64,000 nucleotides of DNA, from positions 32,001-96,000 of IMG/VR virus record IMGVR_UViG_3300028581_000018, one strand, 5' to 3'. Source of the DNA: a virus. Shown here in pieces: positions 57,349 through 64,000 of this stretch (positions within the stretch are counted from its first letter, which is position 1; every line of letters starts with the position of its first letter). The notes under the pieces were generated by a model. The model saw nothing but the letters and a program-made list of their open reading frames with translations. It was not told where the DNA came from and searched no databases. The position numbers and the translations under genes are program-made.

Positions 57349-59553
57349 TTATTTCATATTTTTAAATGGGCTTCTCCTCATACCAGCTGGTAATAAAGAC
57401 TTACCCATGTGTCTAAACGGACTATTATTAAATTTAGTCATTTTATCTGATTTTACCAATTTAGAGTCATCAGTAATTGTACGTCTTGCATAACCTCTGT
57501 TTGTTTGCTGGATTTTAGCAAATGCAACTAATGCAGAAAATGCAACTAATCTGTCAACGTTAAGACGATCATGATAAGCCTGCATTTCACGCAAAAGCAT
57601 AATATCAGGTATCCGCTCTACACCAAACTTTGTGCTAACTATAGAACCATCTTCAGCAATATCTTGATCTAGGATCTCTTGAAGATACTCAATAGCATAT
57701 GACAATAAATGACTTTTAAATAATGTACCTGTGTTTTTCCAACCATAGTCTGCATACACGGCCCGGTTTGATGATATCTCCTTTAAAAACAGAATTTGAT
57801 CTTTGGGTACTAGGTATTTTTGTTTACGTTTTAACATCATGTATTGTATAAACAAGCTAACGTTGTTTTCTACTAGTGTCCACGCGTTATAATATTCAAT
57901 AATATTCTCTAGTCTTTCATGTGTTTGTTTAATATCATCAAAGCGACCACACCAAGATGCTACTATTTTGTCACCTTCAATATAACTTGTAATGTTTGAA
58001 CCCTCAACTTTTGTAACTTCCGTAGGAGCTTTATATACAAAAATCGAACAGAGCGAGTCAGACGTAGTAGTCTTTCCCTCTCCCACAGGGTCAATTGATG
58101 CATAATACATACCAAAAGGCGGACTTTTAACAGGGCGCTCATAAATGATAACAACGCTTTCTTTGTTATTTGAGTTCTTAGCAATAGGAAATTCATTAAT
58201 AGGTAATTTACGGGTTTCTTTCATTGTAATAATGTCGTGCTCATCGCGTACAAGCTCCACAAACTCCATTGGGTATTCTTTATCTTGAATACGTTTGATC
58301 TGGGCATTAACCAGATGCTGAGGAAACTTTGATTCTTTTCTATAAGCAAACGCTTCTTCAATGTTGCGCGGGTGCTGAGAAATACGCAACTGATACTTAT
58401 CTGCAGGTAACTCTTTTCTCCATATATTAAACTGTTCGTCTAATGCAGTTAAAGCTTCTTCTACTTTAGAATTACCAAATGCATCAATGAATGGTGGCAT
58501 TGACCATTGCTCTGGAATAAATAACCCTGATCTACCAAGAGTACCGTCTTTGTCAATAAGTGTAGTTTCTACAGAATAAATGTCATTTATATCTGGTTTG
58601 AGAATCATCTCTTTTAGTGGCTCACACTGGTCAAGATCACCAACAGAACCCGCTGCTATAAACATACCACTAGTAATAAACCCAGATTTCATTGCAGGGC
58701 GTATATACTCAAAGGTATCATTCATCTTTGGTGCAATACCTGCTTCTTCATGAAAGAAGTATTTACATGGGCCACCAACACCATTTGTAGGATCCTTTTC
58801 AAATGACATACCTTGAATAGTACCTTTAAGACCAACCTCGGTTTTACGATTACCCTTTTTAACCTCAATCTTTTGCTGCCACATTAATGTTTTATCTGGG
58901 CTAAATGGTCTATACCAAGCTGTATGCTCATTTAAAAAAGCAGCATACTCGTCTAGCATTTTCCAGGTACCTTTCTCATTAATGTAATCTTTAAGACTAG
59001 CACCTATTTTTAAGGTGATACCTTCTTCAAACCATATTTGATTTATAAATTTAGCGGAGTGAAAATATGAACTAGCTATCTGACGCTTTTTTAATATTGC
59101 TGAATGCTTGTAGTGTAACTCAGCTAGTAACTCATATAATGCCATATGATACTGAGCATCTCTAATTTTAGCAAAACCAAAGGTGTTTTCTTCTTTATCA
59201 TAAATAGGTAAGAAGTTTAACCACATATAGTAGTCTCTACATATATACCATGTTTTACTACCAGAGATAATTATTGTTCCATTTCTATTCTTGTTTTTTT
59301 GATCATCCCAGTATGTAACAAAGTCTTTGCTCTTTGTAGGAGACGCACAGTAGTAGTTTTGTTTATTGAAGATTGTAGCCTGCTCATTAAATATTGCAGT
59401 ATCTTCATTAAATTCATACTTCCCGGGCTCCTTAAAAAGAGGTAACAAGAACTCTTTAAATTCATCCCTGCTACCAAATTCTGTTACTTCCCAGTTGCCA
59501 TTACGCCAGGTTGGTATTCTCTCATAAAACTTTAAACCACTTCTACTGATCAT
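57349..59553 (-). CDS. terL: Terminase large subunit
   Basis: 734 aa. Walker A-like LKKRQIASSY, Walker B FFHEEAG, RuvC-like YYASIDPVG...DRLVAF. Confidence 0.95.
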   Translation of the reverse strand: MISRSGLKFYERIPTWRNGNWEVTEFGSRDEFKEFLLPLFKEPGKYEFNEDTAIFNEQATIFNKQNYYCASPTKSKDFVTYWDDQKNKNRNGTIIISGSKTWYICRDYYMWLNFLPIYDKEENTFGFAKIRDAQYHMALYELLAELHYKHSAILKKRQIASSYFHSAKFINQIWFEEGITLKIGASLKDYINEKGTWKMLDEYAAFLNEHTAWYRPFSPDKTLMWQQKIEVKKGNRKTEVGLKGTIQGMSFEKDPTNGVGGPCKYFFHEEAGIAPKMNDTFEYIRPAMKSGFITSGMFIAAGSVGDLDQCEPLKEMILKPDINDIYSVETTLIDKDGTLGRSGLFIPEQWSMPPFIDAFGNSKVEEALTALDEQFNIWRKELPADKYQLRISQHPRNIEEAFAYRKESKFPQHLVNAQIKRIQDKEYPMEFVELVRDEHDIITMKETRKLPINEFPIAKNSNNKESVVIIYERPVKSPPFGMYYASIDPVGEGKTTTSDSLCSIFVYKAPTEVTKVEGSNITSYIEGDKIVASWCGRFDDIKQTHERLENIIEYYNAWTLVENNVSLFIQYMMLKRKQKYLVPKDQILFLKEISSNRAVYADYGWKNTGTLFKSHLLSYAIEYLQEILDQDIAEDGSIVSTKFGVERIPDIMLLREMQAYHDRLNVDRLVAFSALVAFAKIQQTNRGYARRTITDDSKLVKSDKMTKFNNSPFRHMGKSLLPAGMRRSPFKNMK

Positions 59554-60055
59554 ATGCTAGTGATTGTCCCCCGCGAACTGAAGATTGTTGTTCATCTTTA
59601 AGGTCACGAAATGCGCCTTTAAAGCTTTCACGAATCTGTTGATACTTTGCAGCAGCATTTACAAGAGAGTTAATATTACCATCGCGACCATGCTCGATTG
59701 GTGTATTCTCCATATAGTCTGCTAACCGGTCAAGCATTGTTTTTATTCCCCTGTACGCGCGCGAAGTTGGTGTTTCGTATAGCTTTTTTAAAACGTCAAC
59801 AGCATTCATAATCATCTCATCCTCAGTTGAAAACTCAGCTTCAAGTTCATTAAGAATAAGTTCTTCACGATCAATATCTGGTACATCAAAGAATGGATTA
59901 AGGTCAGGATTCATACATGTCATATAAAAGGCATACTGGTAGATCTTAAGATAGTTTTCTGGATATTCATCCATAATTGCTTTAAGACTACGCATTGTAT
60001 AACAGTGTTCTGTAGGAACAACTGCACCATTTTGGATATCAAATATTCTCACCAT
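59543..60055 (-). CDS. Conserved protein overlapping the terL start, possible terminase small subunit
   Basis: 170 aa, helical, ending VRGGQS. Function inferred from position only. Confidence 0.45.
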   Translation of the reverse strand: MVRIFDIQNGAVVPTEHCYTMRSLKAIMDEYPENYLKIYQYAFYMTCMNPDLNPFFDVPDIDREELILNELEAEFSTEDEMIMNAVDVLKKLYETPTSRAYRGIKTMLDRLADYMENTPIEHGRDGNINSLVNAAAKYQQIRESFKGAFRDLKDEQQSSVRGGQSLAYDQ

Positions 60056-60118
60056 TTTCTCTGTCTTTTATCTTTTTAGTAAAATGCGATGCTCTTACAT
60101 AGCATTTAAAATAGCCAT

Positions 60119-60925
60119 TTATCCTAGGAATTTAATGATGTCAATGACTTCTCTCTTTAAATAGGGTACATTGATAACATTTACACGTTTAACAATAAAC
60201 TCACCACGCTCATCTTTAAGATAAATAGGATAGCCATGGTTATCTGTACCAGAGCTTTCAAACTCAATATGGTGGATTTCCATTTTACCTGGTTTATAGC
60301 GAGGGTTGTGTTTGTTGATCATGTACATGTACAAACTTAACTGCAGGGCATAGTGGTTAAAATTACAATCATCAAGATGACCTAATGGTTTTTGCATTTT
60401 TTTACTAACCCCATCCCAAGTTTTAAAACCTTCGCGTTTTATCTCCTTGTTAGTTTTATAGTCGATGATGTTGATCTTACCATTAATAATCTCAATTCTA
60501 TCTGCTTGACCGCATATACGTGCTGACTTAAGATATGCAAAATGTTCAGGGTAAATACCTTCAACAAGATTTTGTTCTGGTGCATGTTTTACACCGTCAA
60601 ACTCAATAGGTTTTACAATCTGTAGTGCACGACCTTCAATAGTTATTGTATCACAAGAGTATAGATCAGTCTCTCTTTGTTGGTGGTAAAAGGTACCCAG
60701 CGACATAGCCCGCTCAGACTCTGATTTCCAAATATTTTGAATCTCAGCTGGTGCCATACCATACCATTTAGATCTTTTATTTACAGAAGACTTCTTGGCT
60801 TGTGATACTGCGTCAAATGGTTCTTTGAATTTACTTACTACAGATGTTACGCTTGTCCACTTAATATTATCAGAGTCATTCGTCGAGATGTAAGTATGAG
60901 TCTCCGGGAGAAATTTTACTGCCAT
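60119..60925 (-). CDS. PD-(D/E)XK (Cas4/RecB-like) nuclease (start MAVKF at 60925)
   Basis: SVTSVV...GTFYH...PEH...ICGQADR...IIDYKTN...YALQLSLY. Confidence 0.85.
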   Translation of the reverse strand: MAVKFLPETHTYISTNDSDNIKWTSVTSVVSKFKEPFDAVSQAKKSSVNKRSKWYGMAPAEIQNIWKSESERAMSLGTFYHQQRETDLYSCDTITIEGRALQIVKPIEFDGVKHAPEQNLVEGIYPEHFAYLKSARICGQADRIEIINGKINIIDYKTNKEIKREGFKTWDGVSKKMQKPLGHLDDCNFNHYALQLSLYMYMINKHNPRYKPGKMEIHHIEFESSGTDNHGYPIYLKDERGEFIVKRVNVINVPYLKREVIDIIKFLG

Positions 60926-61106
60926 GATTAATTGAGTTGTTATTTGGGTTGATTTTTGAAAATATGTTTTCAACGAAGTCTGGTGGTAAACCAGTAATTT
61001 CATTGATAATTCTTTTGCCATAACATGTTGGGCAAATCTCAGTTGTATTTATTGTTGTTGGGCAGACACCTTTACCCAAACAAACAGGACATTTTTGAAA
61101 AGCCAT
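60876..61106 (-). CDS. Small Zn-finger protein (DnaJ-type CxxCxGxG)
   Basis: 76 aa. CPVCLGKG...CPTCYGKR. Confidence 0.65.
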   Translation of the reverse strand: MAFQKCPVCLGKGVCPTTINTTEICPTCYGKRIINEITGLPPDFVENIFSKINPNNNSINHGSKISPGDSYLHLDE

Positions 61107-61429
61107 TAGTATTCTAGATTAAGGTTAGACTTTATTTGATTTTCTGTTTCTTCATCTGTTAACGCGTCCCAGCGATCATCATCACAGGCGCTAGACAAAG
61201 AACGTGTTTTCCATTTAAGATTACAGCCACATAATGAACAACACGGTTGGGTACCTGGCATTAAACAAGATTTACCCTTTTTGTCAATGTAAGGGCACTT
61301 TTTACAAATTGACATGCGCCCATCTGCAATCTGTTCTACACTTTCAGATGTAAAAATGGAGTTCTTGATACCCTCAAGAATTTTCTCCTTGTTGTTCCAT
61401 ATTTTGAGAAGATCTATTTTTTTCATCAT
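61106..61429 (-). CDS. Small Cys-rich Zn-binding protein
   Basis: 107 aa. RMSICKKCP...CCSLCGC...KTR...C...W. Confidence 0.7.
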   Translation of the reverse strand: MMKKIDLLKIWNNKEKILEGIKNSIFTSESVEQIADGRMSICKKCPYIDKKGKSCLMPGTQPCCSLCGCNLKWKTRSLSSACDDDRWDALTDEETENQIKSNLNLEY

Positions 61430-61772
61430 AAAAGTTTTTCATGCGTTGTTTATCTTCAACTATATACGCTAAACCGCGTTCCAAGTCTACTAACTCTTCT
61501 TCATAAAGTTTTACTAGTTTATAGTCTTGCATCGTATCTTTTTTAGAAAAGTTTACGATGCGATTGTATTTTTCAATTTTACGTCTAACAACATTTTCGC
61601 GCAAATTAAAATCACCAAGACCATCAACTCTAATCTTTTTGTATTTAAGCTTAATGAGGGCCTGACGTAATTCTTTATAGTAAAAATCAACTATCTTAGT
61701 AAGGTCTGCTTCTGACATATTCATGTCTTCAGCAACTTCTGGAATAAATAATTTAAACTTATACGGGGTCAT
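61374..61772 (-). CDS. HU/IHF-like DNA-binding protein
   Basis: 132 aa. EVAEDMNMSEADLTKIVDFYY...KIRVDGLGDF matches the HU fold N-terminal pattern. Confidence 0.7.
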   Translation of the reverse strand: MTPYKFKLFIPEVAEDMNMSEADLTKIVDFYYKELRQALIKLKYKKIRVDGLGDFNLRENVVRRKIEKYNRIVNFSKKDTMQDYKLVKLYEEELVDLERGLAYIVEDKQRMKNFYDEKNRSSQNMEQQGENS

Positions 61773-62121
61773 TAGATATCATTTTAATATCCAAAAATAC
61801 AGGATGCTCAGTAACTATCTTTATATCAGAGTTTACGTAAATAGTCCTAGACTTCTTACGTTTAAAAACTAGATTTTTAGTTTGCAGCTTTACCACCAGA
61901 TTTCTTACAGATTGAGGATTTGAGAGAATATCTTGATCAACTATGTGTTGACAAAAAGGAATTAACTCAAACTCACCCAATACTGCAAGATGTGATAGAC
62001 ATTCAATTTCAGTTTCAGTAATGTTAATACCACTAACTAAACAGTGGTGCCAGAACTGATACTTGATAATGTCAGCAACACTTAATCTAGTTCTTTTTTG
62101 AACTTGATTAACTATTGCCAT
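61759..62121 (-). CDS. Putative winged-helix DNA-binding protein
   Basis: 120 aa. ITETEIECL...SNPQSVRNLVVKLQTKNLVFK...IYVN wHTH-like pattern. Confidence 0.55.
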   Translation of the reverse strand: MAIVNQVQKRTRLSVADIIKYQFWHHCLVSGINITETEIECLSHLAVLGEFELIPFCQHIVDQDILSNPQSVRNLVVKLQTKNLVFKRKKSRTIYVNSDIKIVTEHPVFLDIKMISNDPV

Positions 62122-62122
62122 C

Positions 62123-62383
62123 TTATGCTTTTTTTAGTTTACGAGATGCAGGATCACCAGCAGAATCTGGATTAGGTTCTTCTTCAGGTTCTGGTGCCAT
62201 AAACTGAGCAACCTTTACTTGAATCATAAACCTGTTAGCACGCGTTTCTTCAATCTTAGTAAGCAACTCTTCATACTCAAGTTGCTTCTTTAAGAAAGGA
62301 ATAGTTTTCTTGTAATGCGCATCTAACTCTTCTCTACGCATTTCAAGTTGTTCTGGACTTAGGTGTTCTTGTTGGTTTTCCAT
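62123..62383 (-). CDS. Small coiled-coil protein (start MENQQE at 62383)
   Basis: 86 aa. The longer track start would run through a terminator and promoter. Confidence 0.7.
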   Translation of the reverse strand: MENQQEHLSPEQLEMRREELDAHYKKTIPFLKKQLEYEELLTKIEETRANRFMIQVKVAQFMAPEPEEEPNPDSAGDPASRKLKKA

Positions 62384-62399
62384 ATTGATAAAGTTTACA

Positions 62400-62431
62400 C
62401 AAATATACAAAAAATATTTAAAGTGTACAAA
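62400..62431 (-). promoter_or_regulatory. Bacteroidota housekeeping-sigma promoter
   Basis: Minus strand TTTG-(20 nt)-TATATTTG equals the consensus -33 TTTG / -7 TAnnTTTG with canonical spacing, just upstream of ATG 62383. Confidence 0.75.
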
Positions 62432-62461
62432 AAAGAAACCCCGCAGTGACCAGCTGCGGGG
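62429..62461 (-). terminator. Rho-independent terminator after the lysis genes
   Basis: CCCCGCAG / CTGCGGGG 8-bp stem (62439-62461) followed by TTTCTTTTTT on the minus strand. Confidence 0.88.
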
Positions 62462-62485
62462 AATCATATAACCAAAAAACACATA

Positions 62486-62908
62486 TTAAGACGCAGCAAA
62501 TATAACAATTAAAATAACAAGTAGACCACCAATCACACTTCCTATTACAGTTCTTTTCTTAATTTTTCTTTCTAGCTTGTTAATATTTTTGTCTTTTACA
62601 GTAATAATTTCAGTATAAACACTATCCTTATTATATACCAAAGAATCTTTTGTAATTATAGACCGTTGTAAGTCCTTGTTAATCAGGATTAATTCCTGAC
62701 AATCTGTGGCAACTCTTTCTAAACTATCTAGCTGAATACTAGCAAAGTCATAGTTTACATGAAGTAAATTAAGGTTCTTAACCTGGGCCCGGGAAATAGC
62801 TACAACCGTATCACTTTCTAGAACTATAATCCTGGGATATCCAACTTGCGAAAAACACAAATGAGGCAGAATCGCTAAGATGACTAACATAATTAACTTT
62901 TTCATCAC
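62486..62908 (-). CDS. Spanin-like protein (N-terminal signal peptide, coiled coil, C-terminal TM helix)
   Basis: 140 aa. MMKKLIMLVILAILPHLCFSQ signal and VIGSVIGGLLVILIVIFAA C-terminal TM. Overlaps the upstream gene by 98 nt. Confidence 0.55.
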   Translation of the reverse strand: MMKKLIMLVILAILPHLCFSQVGYPRIIVLESDTVVAISRAQVKNLNLLHVNYDFASIQLDSLERVATDCQELILINKDLQRSIITKDSLVYNKDSVYTEIITVKDKNINKLERKIKKRTVIGSVIGGLLVILIVIFAAS

Positions 62909-63170
62909 GCTGTTTTTTAATTTGTTTGACGTTTACCAGTGTAATATTAACCTGGTTTGATATTTTATCAGCTTGCACATTTAAAGTTTTAATTTCTGTA
63001 TTTACTGAATCAATCTTCTTACCAAGAGAATAGAGCTCTAATTCAAGTTTAGTCGTTGAGTCAAGAGGCTCATCAACAGTAAAGTATTTATCAAGCATGA
63101 AAAATATGATCATCCCAATACCAAACAGTGATACGTAGCGCACAATTCTATCAAATAATTCTAGGCTCAT
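62811..63170 (-). CDS. i-spanin-like membrane protein
   Basis: 119 aa. N-terminal TM (YVSLFGIGMIIFFML) followed by a coiled coil. Directly after the holin. Confidence 0.55.
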   Translation of the reverse strand: MSLELFDRIVRYVSLFGIGMIIFFMLDKYFTVDEPLDSTTKLELELYSLGKKIDSVNTEIKTLNVQADKISNQVNITLVNVKQIKKQRDEKVNYVSHLSDSASFVFFASWISQDYSSRK

Positions 63171-63193
63171 AAACTACCAATTAGGTATTAAAA

Positions 63194-63658
63194 TTATTCA
63201 ACATTACGTTGCTCACGAAAATCAACAAGTGTTTTGATTGTTTTTTTAATCTTATTCACAAACTCAAATACTCTGTCTGTTATACCTTTTCCCGTAGTCC
63301 ATTTAACTTTCTCATCAACAGATGTGTACTCTATCCATATTAAAAAGAGCGCAGTGAATAATGTTGAAAGATAATCTTGCGGAAAATAATGCAGTACAAA
63401 CTTGTTAAGAATCCATACATCTAAAAGATATATGAATACTAGACCTCCGCCATAGGTCATCATCTTTAGGGTAAAGCCTTCCCTAGTTTTTTTACTTGTT
63501 ACTTCTTTACCTTCTCTTTTAGCATACCACCGGCCAACAAAGGTGTCAGCAACTACCGCAAAAAATACTAGCACTAACAAAGGTGCCAGGGGCATAAAAA
63601 ATGTAATCAGTGTTGAAATATAGGCTAGTATTGCGCTTTTATATGAAATCTTTTCCAT
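63194..63658 (-). CDS. Holin (phage holin 4-1-like)
   Basis: 154 aa with 3-4 TM segments. D-T-F-V-G...TSKK.REG...K...IEYTSVDEK pattern. Confidence 0.8.
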   Translation of the reverse strand: MEKISYKSAILAYISTLITFFMPLAPLLVLVFFAVVADTFVGRWYAKREGKEVTSKKTREGFTLKMMTYGGGLVFIYLLDVWILNKFVLHYFPQDYLSTLFTALFLIWIEYTSVDEKVKWTTGKGITDRVFEFVNKIKKTIKTLVDFREQRNVE

Positions 63659-63675
63659 TGTTTTAACTTACTATA

Positions 63676-63685
63676 TAATATACAA
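63676..63685 (-). promoter_or_regulatory. Candidate phage late promoter motif (TTGTATATTA)
   Basis: Intergenic, upstream of the holin. Confidence 0.55.
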
Positions 63686-63699
63686 TTTTTTTGCGGGTA

Positions 63700-64000
63700 T
63701 TACAAGAATGCTGCTAATTGAGCACCTGTACTTTGTACTGTAGATGCATCTTTTAATCTTTCTCCTATGCTATTAGGTGTAGTGATACTTGCTAGTGGTA
63801 CATTCCAGATATCTGTAGCATTTAGATAACCTGTGCCTACTGTATTATCTACTGGTACACCAATACTTACTGCTGCTGCAGGAGGTACAGCACAAATTCC
63901 AGTTAGGTTATTTGTTGGGCCGTAAACTACACCAGTACGCACATTTGCCTTTGCTGGGTGACCTGTGGCCACTCCGGCAGTATATAATGGATTTAAAACA
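63700..64000 (-). CDS. C-terminal part of a structural/fibre-like protein (truncated by window edge)
   Basis: Frame is open to the window end (...VLNPLYTAGVATGHPAKANVRTGVVYG...VGTG...SIGERLK). Confidence 0.65.
   Translation of the reverse strand, partial: VLNPLYTAGVATGHPAKANVRTGVVYGPTNNLTGICAVPPAAAVSIGVPVDNTVGTGYLNATDIWNVPLASITTPNSIGERLKDASTVQSTGAQLAAFL

Larger units (their letters stand above)
1..64000 (-). mobile_element. crAss-like (Crassvirales-type) bacteriophage genome segment: lysis, packaging, capsid, tail and ejected-cargo/vRNAP module
   Basis: Co-directional order TerL-portal-acidic protein-MCP-ring proteins-muzzle-giant cargo proteins with a DFDxD virion RNAP matches the known crAss-like structural module. 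No host housekeeping genes are present. Confidence 0.93.

Noticed and set aside
51553-59553. Inteins or group I introns in TerL, portal or MCP
   Set aside because: The ORFs are uninterrupted and of ordinary length, with no C...HN intein ends or LAGLIDADG motifs.
60095-60118. 7-codon ORF MAILNAM between the nuclease and the terL-upstream gene
   Set aside because: Too short to support, and could arise by chance.
1-64000. Stop-codon reassignment (TAG or TGA), known in some crAss-like phages
   Set aside because: Genes are long and intact in code 11. TAG ends the portal gene, and TGA ends genes in ATGA overlaps (16152, 31465).
1-64000. tRNA or rRNA genes
   Set aside because: Intergenic gaps are at most about 130 nt and are accounted for by terminators and promoters. 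No cloverleaf with a T-loop consensus was seen.

Overview
The window is the virion-assembly and ejection module of a crAss-like (Crassvirales-type) podophage, probably infecting a Bacteroidota host. All credible genes lie on the minus strand and use the standard genetic code. Reading right to left: lysis genes, small DNA-binding and Zn-finger genes, a PD-(D/E)XK nuclease, TerL, portal, putative scaffold, major capsid protein, a cluster of tiny basic proteins, ring proteins, Cys-rich tail/fibre proteins, a muzzle-like tail protein, cargo proteins with peptidoglycan-enzyme domains, and giant ejected proteins including a 4049-aa virion RNA polymerase polyprotein (DFDFD motif). Main observations: (1) four consecutive giant ejected proteins carry cysteines only at their extreme termini, in a tail-to-head pattern that suggests a disulfide-linked chain for ordered injection; (2) the RNAP carries four C-terminal effector cassettes (Macro, permuted SLOG, DUF4326-like, AlkB-like) separated by near-identical DNA linker repeats; (3) one ejected protein has an HPD J-domain; (4) a 3'-UTR hairpin has a loop antisense to two capsid-gene translation starts; (5) a TATATTA candidate late promoter recurs 8 times. 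All family assignments come from motif recognition by eye, not from database searches.
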